Position numbers and translations under genes: made by a program. The notes below the pieces were generated by a model. It saw only the letters and a program-made list of their open reading frames with translations, ran no database searches and was not told the origin of the DNA. A stretch of DNA of 62,514 nt, filler included. It is 3 parts of 3 records of this genome, joined end to end, with 100 filler letters (N's around TTAATTAATTAA, not from the genome) between each part and the next. Parts side by side here need not be neighbours in the genome. Positions count along the whole stretch, not along the records: positions 1 to 21,247 come from SRR31156797_4416; 2 more parts are not named here. One strand, given 5' to 3'. Shown in pieces: positions 1 through 9,897 of this stretch (positions are counted from its first letter, which is position 1; each line of letters opens with the position of its first letter).

Positions 1-349
1 GAAAACATAGTACGGGGCATATCAACGGCAGGATTGAGGGGATGTTCCAAAAACAGCGCCCCGCTACCGGAACATGCCGTGCCGCTTTTCCCCACGGAAT
101 ATGTCCCAAAAGGGACCGCCTGTCAAGGCCCTAGAGAAAAACCTTTTTGGGCGCATGGGAAAAGGGTCGACATTGTTGTTTTTTCCAGTTCTTTATTGAC
201 ACGAACGGCCCTCCTTCCTATATTCCGGTCACCTCCATGGCCGACCCCGCAACCGGGATCGCTGGGAAAAGAACCCCATGGCGGTCCGAGTCTATTGTTC
301 GGGACAGCCTGAAAACGAGGGGCCAAATATTGACAGAAGGTGAAGTTTC

Positions 350-1237
350 ATGGGAATAGCAGGTTTGTTACAAACCATTTTGGGCGGCATCGGAGAGGGG
401 TCCATCTACGCCCTTTTGGGGCTGTCGTTTGTACTGATTTTCGGAAAGTTGAGGATCTGTTCGGTCCTTCACGGGGACCTGGCCGTTCTGGGGGCCTATA
501 CGGCTTACTGGTCTTTCGCCCTGTGGAAAATCGACCCTTTTCTGAGCATGGTCTATTCGCTCCCCCTCTTTTTCGGGGGCGGCTACCTCATCCAGCGATA
601 TTTCTTGAAGCCTTTCATGGCCATGGAGACCTGGAAGGGAAGATACCAGGGGCAGATTATGGTCACCTGGGGCATCGCACTGGTCATTATGGCCCTGGAG
701 TACATCTTCTGGTCCGGAACCTATCGAACCATAGCCGTCGACTACCGGAATCAGGCCTTCTTTGTGGGGGATATCTCCCTCCCCTTCGTGCACCTGGCAT
801 CCATCGCCAGCGTTTTTGCCATCTACTTCCTGATTACTTACCTGCTTAAAAAGACAGGATTGGGGATCGCCCTGAGGGCCTGCTCCGACAACCGGACCGC
901 CGCCATGCTGGCGGGGATCAATTACCACAGGATCTGTTCTCTGGCTTTCGGGATTTCAGCGGCCATCTCCGTGGTGGCCGGCATCTTTTTCGCCCTGACC
1001 CATCAGATCACACCGTCTTTGGGGTTGAGCCTGACATTCAAGGGCTGGGTAGCGGTCATCATGGGCGGAATGGGAAGCCTGGGAGGGGTCATCGCAGCGG
1101 GGTTTCTACTGGGGGTCATCGAATCACTAACCGCCTACCTCTATATACCCGCCTTAAAAGAAGCGGCCCTGTATACGGCGCTCCTGGTTTTCTTGATTGC
1201 CAGGCCCGAAGGGCTGTTCAAACAGGCGAAAAGTTGA
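350..1237 (+). CDS. livH: Branched-chain amino acid-type ABC transporter permease (LivH-like)
   Basis: Multi-TM protein with GSIYALLGLSFVLIFG and GIALRACSDNRTAAMLAGIN motifs; first gene of a 5-gene liv-type operon. Confidence 0.9.
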   Translation: MGIAGLLQTILGGIGEGSIYALLGLSFVLIFGKLRICSVLHGDLAVLGAYTAYWSFALWKIDPFLSMVYSLPLFFGGGYLIQRYFLKPFMAMETWKGRYQGQIMVTWGIALVIMALEYIFWSGTYRTIAVDYRNQAFFVGDISLPFVHLASIASVFAIYFLITYLLKKTGLGIALRACSDNRTAAMLAGINYHRICSLAFGISAAISVVAGIFFALTHQITPSLGLSLTFKGWVAVIMGGMGSLGGVIAAGFLLGVIESLTAYLYIPALKEAALYTALLVFLIARPEGLFKQAKS

Positions 1238-1259
1238 CTGGGGGCGAAAAGGAATCCAT

Positions 1260-2219
1260 ATGAATTTGAAAAGATGGTGTCTCTGGGGAGCCGCGTGTTT
1301 TCTCCTGTTTCTGGCAATCCTCGTGGGTAATGGTGCGGGTTTTCTGTCCAATTTTATCGTTTACACTTTCCTTTTTATCATTGCGGGGGAAGGGTGGAAC
1401 CTCCTTGGCGGCTACATCGGGGAAATCTCCTTCGGCCATGCGGTTTTTTTCGGTGTAGGGGCGTACTGTGTGGGGTTGCCCATCGGATACGGTTATCATC
1501 CGCCATTGGCCCTCCTGGTGGTCTTGGGAGGGATGGTGAGTGCCCTGTTGGCCTACCTCCTGTCGTTCCCCCTTTTGAGAATGCGGGGCTTTCCTTTCCT
1601 GATCGCCACCTTCGGCCTGGGGGTCATCTTTCAGAAAGTGTTTCATATTTCGAAATTTCTCTTTTCAACCAGAGGGATTTTTATCCCTTCCGTCAATAAC
1701 TACCTCCTATATTCCATCATCGGGGCCCTTGCCATCGGATCGGTTGTCTTTACAAGATGGCTCGTCAGCCGGAACATCGGTCTGAGTTTCAGGGCCATCC
1801 GCGACGCTCCCGATGCGGCACAGATGGCCGGGGTTAACATTTTCAGGACAAAGATGATGGCCTTTGTCATCGGCGCATTCATGACCGGGATTGCCGGTGC
1901 CCTTTTCGCCCTCTATCGCAGTTATGTACAGCCGGTTACCTGCTTCAGCATGGCCATCAGTCTGACCATTCTGCTGGGCCCCTATATCGGGGGGATCGGG
2001 ACGGTCATGGGAGCCGCCGTCGGGGCCTTTGTGGTCCTGGGTCTGGAAGAGGTATCACGGGATCTTTTCGTGCACGGACACCACCTTTTTCTGGGGGGCA
2101 TCCTGATCATCATCATGTTGACCATGAGGGAGGGCATCTGGCCCACGGTGCTTCATTATTTGAAGAAATTCTCTCGGCCGGCGGGCCGGAAGGTTCCCGA
2201 ATCCGAAGGGATCGGATAG
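1260..2219 (+). CDS. livM: Branched-chain amino acid-type ABC transporter permease (LivM-like)
   Basis: WNLLGGYIGEISFGHAVFFGVGAY motif; ATG at 1260 chosen over the 1197 start that overlaps livH. Confidence 0.9.
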   Translation: MNLKRWCLWGAACFLLFLAILVGNGAGFLSNFIVYTFLFIIAGEGWNLLGGYIGEISFGHAVFFGVGAYCVGLPIGYGYHPPLALLVVLGGMVSALLAYLLSFPLLRMRGFPFLIATFGLGVIFQKVFHISKFLFSTRGIFIPSVNNYLLYSIIGALAIGSVVFTRWLVSRNIGLSFRAIRDAPDAAQMAGVNIFRTKMMAFVIGAFMTGIAGALFALYRSYVQPVTCFSMAISLTILLGPYIGGIGTVMGAAVGAFVVLGLEEVSRDLFVHGHHLFLGGILIIIMLTMREGIWPTVLHYLKKFSRPAGRKVPESEGIG

Positions 2220-2277
2220 GCTCGAACGGATGCCTCTGCTTCCGGGCCGCGGCACACCATTATGAAGGAAATACCCT

Positions 2278-3009
2278 ATGGGAATACTGGAGATAACCAA
2301 CATCAACAAGGCCTTCGGAGGTCTTCAGGCCTTGTCGGGGGTTACCGTTACCATTAACGAGGGGGAGGTCTACGGACTGATCGGAACCAACGGTTCGGGG
2401 AAAACCACCCTCTTTAACATTGTGTGCGGATTTTTTAAGCCGGAGAAGGGGGCCGTCACCTTCAGGGGTAGAAACATTACCGGCCTTCCGCCGGACAAGG
2501 TTTGCAAAATGGGGATCGGAAGGTGTTTTCAGACGGTACAACCCTTTAGAAGCATGTCCCCCATGGAAAACGCCCGGGTAGCCCGGGCCTACGGACGTAA
2601 GGTCACCCAAGACAAAGAATTGTCCCTGGACCACATCATGGACATTGTGGGGCTGGCCTCAAAGAAAGACCTGGTGACGGAGAACCTCACCCTGCCGGAC
2701 AAAAAGAATGTGGAGATCGCCAGGGCCCTGGCAGGGAATCCTGAATTGATCCTCTTTGACGAAGTGGCCAGCGGACTAACCGGCAAGGAGATCGAAGGAA
2801 GGATCGCGCTCATGAAAAAACTTTCCCGCATGGGGATCACCATCGTGGTGGTGGAACATATCATGAAGTTCATCAAAGGGATCTGTGACCGGGTGGGGGT
2901 CCTTCACACGGGGCAGTTGATTTGTGAAGGTCATCCCGCCCGGGTTGCGGCGGATGAACGGGTGATCGAGGCCTATTTGGGGAGTGGGTCCCGGGGGGAA
3001 GAATCATGA
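2278..3009 (+). CDS. livG: ABC transporter ATP-binding protein (LivG-like)
   Basis: Walker A GTNGSGKTT, Walker B LILFDE, C-terminal VIEAYLG. Confidence 0.9.
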   Translation: MGILEITNINKAFGGLQALSGVTVTINEGEVYGLIGTNGSGKTTLFNIVCGFFKPEKGAVTFRGRNITGLPPDKVCKMGIGRCFQTVQPFRSMSPMENARVARAYGRKVTQDKELSLDHIMDIVGLASKKDLVTENLTLPDKKNVEIARALAGNPELILFDEVASGLTGKEIEGRIALMKKLSRMGITIVVVEHIMKFIKGICDRVGVLHTGQLICEGHPARVAADERVIEAYLGSGSRGEES

Positions 3010-3722
3010 AAATTCTTGAAGTAAAGGGGATCACCGCGGGCTACGACAAAGAAATCGATGTTCTGCACCACATCTCCCTGTTTGTGGAAGACAGGGAGTC
3101 GGTCTCCCTTATCGGGGCCAACGGCGCGGGAAAGAGTACGCTCTTAAAAACCATATCGGGATTGCTGCACCCCAAAAAAGGTCAAATCGTTTATGAGGGG
3201 GAAAGGATCGAAAAGCTGGAACCCCACCATGTGGTGAGCAAGGGAATCATTCAAATACCCGAGGAAAAGGAGACCTTTGCCACCCTGACCGTGGCCGAAA
3301 ATCTGGGCGTGGTCTGCCAGACAAAACGATCCAAAGAGAAAAAGGCCGAAAACCTTTCATCCGTATTGGAGACCTTTCCCGTGCTTGCGGAAAGGAAAAA
3401 CCAGGAAGCGCAAACCCTCAGTGGAGGTGAGAGAAAGATGCTGGCGGTGGGGATGTCCATGATGGCGGAACCCAGGATGCTGTTGCTGGATGATATTTCC
3501 GTGGGACTGGCGCCCAAGGTGGTGGGGTTTTTGTACGATCGGCTGGCGCAACTGCGGGATCTGCTCAAGGTCCCCATTTTAATGGTGGAACAAAATGTGG
3601 AAATTGCACTGGATTTTACGGAAAGGGGGTATGTGATCAGCGGAGGAGAGATTGTTTTAACGGGAGCGGCGGAAGAACTAAGAAACGCCCGGGAGGTAAA
3701 GGAATCCTATCTGGGCGCCTAA
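3006..3722 (+). CDS. livF: ABC transporter ATP-binding protein (LivF-like)
   Basis: GANGAGKST, LSGGE signature, VEQN, ESYLG; ATGA overlap with livG. Confidence 0.9.
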   Translation: MKILEVKGITAGYDKEIDVLHHISLFVEDRESVSLIGANGAGKSTLLKTISGLLHPKKGQIVYEGERIEKLEPHHVVSKGIIQIPEEKETFATLTVAENLGVVCQTKRSKEKKAENLSSVLETFPVLAERKNQEAQTLSGGERKMLAVGMSMMAEPRMLLLDDISVGLAPKVVGFLYDRLAQLRDLLKVPILMVEQNVEIALDFTERGYVISGGEIVLTGAAEELRNAREVKESYLGA

Positions 3723-3739
3723 ACAATTATCAAGAAAGG

Positions 3740-5059
3740 ATGGCAGGAATGAAAAAGATGTTTTGGGTTATGGGAATGGCTGTGATCGCTATGATGTTTT
3801 CATCTTTGAACGCTTTTGCATCTGAGGGCAAAGCACTGGATCCCCCGGGGCCCGGGGTGGTTGCACCGGGTGAGGAGATTGTGATCGGTGGGACCTTTAC
3901 CCTGACAGGTCCGGTGTCTCACGCGGGCAGGATGACTCTGGAAGGGGCCGAGAGAGCCGTGAAGTATGTGAATGAAGAGCTGGGGGGCATCCTGGGTCAC
4001 AAGGTCAAGCTCAAATATTATGATGATGAGTACCAGGAAGCCAAAATCACCATGTTGTATGAGAAGCTTATCACCCGGGACAAGGTGGATCTCCTCATCT
4101 CCCCCTACACCTCTCCCTTCCTGGCGGCCTGCCCCGTGGTCAGTAAGCACGGGATGCTTCTGTTCTGCAACGCCGCGGACAGTTATGTGGGCAACGACAA
4201 CTTTGGCCAGACCGTGGTCAATATCCAGATGGACGACCATTGGCGCGGCGGTATGTGGTGGCACGATGTGGCGGAGTTTTTCGTGAATTTCGACAAATGG
4301 AATTACAAGAAACTTCCCAAGCCCAAAACCGTTGCCGTATTGAACCTCAACATTTCCTATGGGCACGAAGTGGCGGACTCGGTCATCAAGTATTTGGAAA
4401 AAAACGGGTTCAAGGTGGTTTACCATGAATTCTTCGAGCCGGTGGTGGGCGACTGGACCCCGGTGGTAACCAAATTGAAAGGCCTCAAACCGGACATCAT
4501 CTTTCAGCCCCACTACTTTGAAGACTGTGTCACCTTTGTTCAGAAATGCCGTGAAATGAATTACTACGCCCCCTACATGATCATCGAGGGGATGGGATGG
4601 GACCCCCTGTCATGGACCCATCCGGACATGGGCGGCCTGCCGCCGGAAATCGCCAAGCGGGGGTTCTTCGGATACTCCGTGTTCAAAAGAAAATACGATT
4701 CGGCCAGCAAAAAGTATCTGGAAGAATACACCACAAAGAAATACGGCCATTTCCCGGGGAATGACCACATCTGCGGTTTCATGGCCATCGAACTCATGGC
4801 CAAGGCGGCCAACAAGGCCGGTTCCCTCAAGAAAGAAGACATGATCAAGGCCATGACGGACAATACCTTTAACCTGGCCGGCTATGAGTACCGGATGAAT
4901 AAAAGCGGTGGCAACGCCGCCGCCTTCCATTGGGGCGTGGGCCAATATATTCCGAAAAGTATTAATAAAGCCGATGCAGGTCCCGATGACTGGTATTGTG
5001 TCTGGCCTCCCAAATATCAGGAGCATAAACCCTTTTATCCTTTTCCGGGATGGAAATAG
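3740..5059 (+). CDS. ABC transporter periplasmic substrate-binding protein (LivK/LivJ-like, type I PBP)
   Basis: Signal peptide (..NAFA), IVIGGTFTLTGP, VNEELGGILGHKVKLKYYDD; substrate unknown. Confidence 0.85.
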   Translation: MAGMKKMFWVMGMAVIAMMFSSLNAFASEGKALDPPGPGVVAPGEEIVIGGTFTLTGPVSHAGRMTLEGAERAVKYVNEELGGILGHKVKLKYYDDEYQEAKITMLYEKLITRDKVDLLISPYTSPFLAACPVVSKHGMLLFCNAADSYVGNDNFGQTVVNIQMDDHWRGGMWWHDVAEFFVNFDKWNYKKLPKPKTVAVLNLNISYGHEVADSVIKYLEKNGFKVVYHEFFEPVVGDWTPVVTKLKGLKPDIIFQPHYFEDCVTFVQKCREMNYYAPYMIIEGMGWDPLSWTHPDMGGLPPEIAKRGFFGYSVFKRKYDSASKKYLEEYTTKKYGHFPGNDHICGFMAIELMAKAANKAGSLKKEDMIKAMTDNTFNLAGYEYRMNKSGGNAAAFHWGVGQYIPKSINKADAGPDDWYCVWPPKYQEHKPFYPFPGWK

Positions 5060-5191
5060 AGGGTCTTCGGCCCGGGCAAAGGTTTTCACGCCCCCTTCAA
5101 GGGGGTGCCCGGGTTAAAAAAAGAGAGTTCGGCGGCCACCGAAATAAGGCGCCGGGGTGCTTTCAAACTCCCATCGCCGCCGTCTCCCGCC

Positions 5192-6850
5192 CTAGGCCTC
5201 CGGCCAGAGGCGGGCGGCGGTTTCCCGTAATTCGTATTTTCGAATCTTGCCACTGGCCGTCATGGGGTATTCAGCAATAAAATGCACGTATTTGGGGATC
5301 TTGTAGCGTGAAATCCGGCCGCGGCAATAATCGCGAACATCCTCGGGAGCCATGTCCGCATTTTGTTTCAGTTTGACAAAAGCGCCGATTTCCTCGCCGT
5401 ATTTTACGCTGGGTACCGCAACAATCTGAACATCCTGAACGCCTTCCATGCGCAAAAGATATTCTTCAATTTCACGGGGGTAAACATTCTCACCGCCGCG
5501 GATGATCATATCCTTGTTGCGGCCGGTGATGGACAGATAGCCGTCCCGGTCCAATTCGCCCATATCGCCGGTGCGAAGCCAACCGGATTGATCAACGGTC
5601 CGGGCCGTGGCATCCGGCATTTTGTAATACCCTTTCATGACATTATAGCCCCGACAGCAAACCTCGCCATGCCGACCGGGAGCAACCTCGGCACCGCTTT
5701 CGGGATCGATTAGTTTAATATCAATGCCCGGTAAGGCCTTTCCCACGGTCCGGGTGCGCCGTACCACATCATCCGACGGCAGGGTTTGGGTGATGACCGG
5801 TGACCCTTCGGTCAATCCGTAGCAGATGGTGACCTCCTTCATGTTCATTTTTTCCATGACGTCTTCCATGGCCTTGACGGGACAGGCGGCACCGGCCATG
5901 ATACCGGTGCGAAGTGAGGAAAAATCGAATTTTGAAAACAGCTTATGCTCCAGAACGGCAATGAACATGGTCGGCACGCCGTACAGGGCGGTACACCGTT
6001 CCTGTTCCACCGCCCACATGATTTGAACCGGATCAAAGTCTTCCAGGATCACAAGGCCGGCACCATGATTCACAGCCGCCAAAACCCCCAGCACACAGCC
6101 GAAGCAGTGAAACAGCGGAACCGGCAGACAGATGCGATCATCCGGACAGAGTTGCATGTTGGCACCGACCCAGTAACCGTTGTTGACGATATTGTGATGG
6201 GTCAGCATGACCCCCTTGGGAAAACCGGTGGTTCCGGAGGTGTACTGCATGTTGACCACCTGGTGGACATTTAGCCCGGCTTGACGCCGGCGGTATTCTT
6301 CAGGGTCGGTCATTCGACTCAAGGCCATGATTTCAGGCATGGAATACATGCCGCGATGTTTCTCCTGGTCAAGAAAAAGAACCCGTTTAAGATGAGGAAA
6401 ACGGACGCTTTTCAGAAAGCCCCGCTGCTGAATTCGAAGCTCCGGGATCAAATCATAAACCATCGACACATAATCGGCATCACGAAAGCCTTCGATCAAA
6501 AACAGGTTTTCCGCTTCGGACTGTTTAAGCAGATATTCCAACTCATTGCGCCGGTAATGGGTGTTCACCGTCAACAGAACGGCCCCGATTTTGGCTGTAG
6601 CGAACTGCAGGGCCACCCAGTAGGGGACGTTGTTGGCCCACAGGGCCACTTTTTCGCCGGGGCCGATTCCCAGGGCCATCAGCCCCCTGGCCAGACGGTC
6701 CACAACACCACCCAATTCCGCATAGGTCAGGCGGAAATCGCGGTCAACGTAAACGATGGCCTCTTTGTCCGGATGCTTCTCGATGGCTCGGTCAAGAAGC
6801 CTGCCGAGGGTGTGGTCGTGCGGATAGGTCTTCGCCGGTTTCATCTTCAC
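5192..6850 (-). CDS. AMP-binding acyl-CoA synthetase
   Basis: YTSGTTGFPKG, YGLTE, WLRTGD, IIRGGENVYP, TASGKIRK adenylate-forming motifs. Confidence 0.92.
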   Translation of the reverse strand: MKMKPAKTYPHDHTLGRLLDRAIEKHPDKEAIVYVDRDFRLTYAELGGVVDRLARGLMALGIGPGEKVALWANNVPYWVALQFATAKIGAVLLTVNTHYRRNELEYLLKQSEAENLFLIEGFRDADYVSMVYDLIPELRIQQRGFLKSVRFPHLKRVLFLDQEKHRGMYSMPEIMALSRMTDPEEYRRRQAGLNVHQVVNMQYTSGTTGFPKGVMLTHHNIVNNGYWVGANMQLCPDDRICLPVPLFHCFGCVLGVLAAVNHGAGLVILEDFDPVQIMWAVEQERCTALYGVPTMFIAVLEHKLFSKFDFSSLRTGIMAGAACPVKAMEDVMEKMNMKEVTICYGLTEGSPVITQTLPSDDVVRRTRTVGKALPGIDIKLIDPESGAEVAPGRHGEVCCRGYNVMKGYYKMPDATARTVDQSGWLRTGDMGELDRDGYLSITGRNKDMIIRGGENVYPREIEEYLLRMEGVQDVQIVAVPSVKYGEEIGAFVKLKQNADMAPEDVRDYCRGRISRYKIPKYVHFIAEYPMTASGKIRKYELRETAARLWPEA

Positions 6851-7416
6851 GACTCCATAATAAAAAGAACCGCATAAATGGACGCCTTTTCATCTCCCAT
6901 ACATCCCACATGATGGGGGACCACCGAATTGTAGTACATACTGTCGCCCGGATTGAGCACGTGGGTTTCGCGGCCGTAGATCAACTCGACCCGACCGCTG
7001 ACAACCACGATGAATTCCTCCCCTTCATGGCTGCTCAGGGCTTTATGGCGGCCGGAGGCGGGCATCAGTTCAACAAAAAACGGTTCCATGTGGCGATCGC
7101 TTTTCCCGAGCCCCAGGGGATAAAAAGCGACTTCCGTCGGAGCCTGTTCGCCCCGGTGCGTGGTCAATTGCTGTTGCCGTTCTTCCAGACGGACGATCAG
7201 CGGATCTTCGGAAATGTGGTCATCCAGAAAGGTACCCAGACGGACACCCAGGCTGCGGGCGATTTTGATCAAAGGTCCAAGGGAAGGGTACAGATCCGAT
7301 TCTTCAACCGCTTTCAGGAAGTCCATTTCAAGACCGGCCTGTTTGGCCAGATCCTCCAGGCTCAAATTGGCCCGCTGACGGTAATCGGCGATCCGTTTTC
7401 CAACGGGTGCACTCAT
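6847..7416 (-). CDS. XRE-family HTH + cupin transcriptional regulator
   Basis: N-terminal HTH (LSLEDLAKQAGL), C-terminal cupin HEGEEF...GDSMYYNSVVPH; 4-nt overlap with the synthetase. Confidence 0.9.
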   Translation of the reverse strand: MSAPVGKRIADYRQRANLSLEDLAKQAGLEMDFLKAVEESDLYPSLGPLIKIARSLGVRLGTFLDDHISEDPLIVRLEERQQQLTTHRGEQAPTEVAFYPLGLGKSDRHMEPFFVELMPASGRHKALSSHEGEEFIVVVSGRVELIYGRETHVLNPGDSMYYNSVVPHHVGCMGDEKASIYAVLFIMES

Positions 7417-7740
7417 GATATTCTCCTTTGAAATTTGTAAGCCTCGGCGTCCGTAAACCGCCCCAAGGGATCATCCAGGCAACCTTGATCCATCAAAAAC
7501 AGCCCATTGCATGTGGCGGCAAGACATAGCCGGATACAAAAATAAAAGGTCTCAATATCAAGACGGTCCCGGTTTTGTCAAATATATTAAAAACCGACCG
7601 GTCCCATAAGAAAAACGGCCATGAGAAATCATTGATCATCTCTCCATTTTTCATTTATTTAATTATTAACCATTGATATATTGGTACAAACGAGGCCTAC
7701 GACCGAATCGAATAAAATTACACCTGCAAGAGGATCATCA

Positions 7741-8844
7741 ATGAGCCATCAAACAGAAAGTAATCGGAATGCTTTTTCTCAAAAGCTGACGGATATTCTC
7801 AACTACGGCGCTCTGAACCTGGCCATGGGCCTTGGGTACAGGGCTCGCCTCTTTGACATCATGGACACCCTGGACACCCCGCAGCCGGTTGCCGTCATTT
7901 CAAAAAAAGCGGGGTTGAACGAACGTTACGTGCAAGAATGGCTCGGCATCATGGTAACGGGCGGCATTGTCGATCTTTGTAAGGACCGGGACGGGCAGGA
8001 CCTGTTCCGGTTGCCCAAAGCCCATGCCCATTTGATCACCCGACGGGCCGAAAACAACAACATGGGGGTTTATATGCAGGAAATCCCGCTTCTTACCGCC
8101 ACCGTTTTTGAAGCGGTTGAGAACGGGTTCAGGACGGGCAACGGCATCCCCTATGAAATGTATCCGGGATTTCACCGTTTCATGACGGAACTGGCGGATG
8201 CCAAACATCGTCAAGTGCTGATCAGCCGGTTTCTGCCATCGGTTGAAAACGGTAAAATGGTCGAAAAATTAAATGCCGGCATCTCTGTTTGTGACGTCGG
8301 TTGCGCGGAAGGGGTCGCGCTGATACTTATGGCCGAGGCCTTTCCAAAAAGCCGTTTTCTGGGTATCGATATCTCTGGAACCGTTCTTGAAAAAGGAAAA
8401 TCCATGGCAAAAGAAAAAAACCTTCAGAACATCATCTTTCGGAAACGGGACGCGGCTCTGTTGAAAGGGGACATGGAACTGCTTGGATCACTGGACTATG
8501 TTACCGCCTTTGATGCCATTCACGACCAGACGCAACCCATGCAAGCCCTTGAAGGGATCCACGCGATTTTGAAGGATGGCGGCATATTTTCCATGGTGGA
8601 TATTGCCGCCGGCAGTGAACTAACCCAAAACATGGACCATCCCATGGGCATGTTCCTCTATACGGTCAGCCTCATGCACTGCATGCCGGTTGGCCTGGCG
8701 GACGGGGGGACGGGGCTCGGCATGATGTGGGGACGGGAAAAAGCCGTTCGGATGCTGAAAGGCGCCGGTTTTTCTCAGGTAGCGGTTGAGGAGATACCGG
8801 AAGATCCGTTCAACCTTCATTTCCTTTGCAGGAAACAGGGTTGA
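7741..8844 (+). CDS. Class I SAM-dependent methyltransferase with N-terminal winged helix (Rv2258c-like)
   Basis: LNERYVQEWL, DVGCAEG motif I, AFDAIHD, LYTVSLMHCM; AGAGGA RBS before ATG 7741. Confidence 0.85.
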   Translation: MSHQTESNRNAFSQKLTDILNYGALNLAMGLGYRARLFDIMDTLDTPQPVAVISKKAGLNERYVQEWLGIMVTGGIVDLCKDRDGQDLFRLPKAHAHLITRRAENNNMGVYMQEIPLLTATVFEAVENGFRTGNGIPYEMYPGFHRFMTELADAKHRQVLISRFLPSVENGKMVEKLNAGISVCDVGCAEGVALILMAEAFPKSRFLGIDISGTVLEKGKSMAKEKNLQNIIFRKRDAALLKGDMELLGSLDYVTAFDAIHDQTQPMQALEGIHAILKDGGIFSMVDIAAGSELTQNMDHPMGMFLYTVSLMHCMPVGLADGGTGLGMMWGREKAVRMLKGAGFSQVAVEEIPEDPFNLHFLCRKQG

Positions 8845-8931
8845 TCAGGGGCAACACCGGTTTTTCCGCAACTGATCTTTTTTATCCGTCATTTTCTTTC
8901 ATATGATCATTCTTTTTTCCGGGGAAGAAAG

Positions 8932-9897
8932 ATGAAGTCATTATGTGTGGTTGTTGCCACGGCGCTCTTCTTTATGGGGTTATCCGGCTGTGTGAAAACA
9001 TTGCCGGTCCATGTTGTTACCGGTCCCGAAACCTATGAGCAGGAAATGGATATTCAGGCCAACGGTTTCAATCGAAGTTATCTAATCCATGTGCCGCCTG
9101 CATATGACGGACAAAAACCGATGCCCCTGGTGGTGGTCATACACGGCGCTTTCGATACGGCGGCCGGTATGGAAATCCACTCGGGTTTCAGCAAATTATC
9201 GGACCGTGAAAACTTCCTGGTGCTCTATCCCAACGGCATGGGTCTGTTCGGTTATCTGCAGCATTGGAACGCCGGGCATTGTTGTGGAAAGGCTGCCAAA
9301 GATCAAATCGATGATGTGGGTTTCATCGAAGCCGCCATGGAAAATGTGTGCGGCCGGTTGCGGGTGGACCGGGAAAGAGTGTTCATGGTGGGATTTTCAA
9401 ACGGTGGGATGATGGCATATCGATTCGCAGCGGAAAAAACCGGACTGCTGGCGGGGGCCGCTTTTCTTGGGGCTTCCATGGGAGGAAGACCATCGGAAAA
9501 AGAACCGGAATGGCGGATTCCCAATCCGAAGGGCCCTCTTCCCGTCATGGTCATGCATGGCATGGCCGACCGGGACGTCCCCTTTGAAGGCGGAAGCAGC
9601 AAACGACGGGGCGGCCCTCGAACCTATTGGTCGGTCATGGACTCCGTGAAATTCTGGGTGGCACATGATCAGTGCAATCATAAGCCGACAACGCGCAAAA
9701 TCTTCGAGGGGCGGGTTGAAGTGACAACATGGCGGGACTGCTCAAACCATTCGGCGGTTTCCCTTTACCTCATAGAGGGGTGGGGCCATGACTGGCCGGG
9801 CCGGTATTTCACCGGCAAATTACCCGAAAGCGACCCCTTGCATCAATTTGACGCGGCTGAGATCATCTGGGCGTTTTTTAAGACCCATGGCCGCTGA
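8932..9897 (+). CDS. LpqC/PHB-depolymerase-like alpha/beta hydrolase, lipoprotein
   Basis: Lipobox LSGC, PLVVVIHG, WNAGHCC, nucleophile GFSNGG, GHDWPG. Confidence 0.82.
   Translation: MKSLCVVVATALFFMGLSGCVKTLPVHVVTGPETYEQEMDIQANGFNRSYLIHVPPAYDGQKPMPLVVVIHGAFDTAAGMEIHSGFSKLSDRENFLVLYPNGMGLFGYLQHWNAGHCCGKAAKDQIDDVGFIEAAMENVCGRLRVDRERVFMVGFSNGGMMAYRFAAEKTGLLAGAAFLGASMGGRPSEKEPEWRIPNPKGPLPVMVMHGMADRDVPFEGGSSKRRGGPRTYWSVMDSVKFWVAHDQCNHKPTTRKIFEGRVEVTTWRDCSNHSAVSLYLIEGWGHDWPGRYFTGKLPESDPLHQFDAAEIIWAFFKTHGR

Noticed and set aside
5071-5122. Hairpin CCCGGGCA...TGCCCGGG between convergent genes as an intrinsic terminator
   Set aside because: No properly placed U-tract on either strand; may be a stabilising hairpin only
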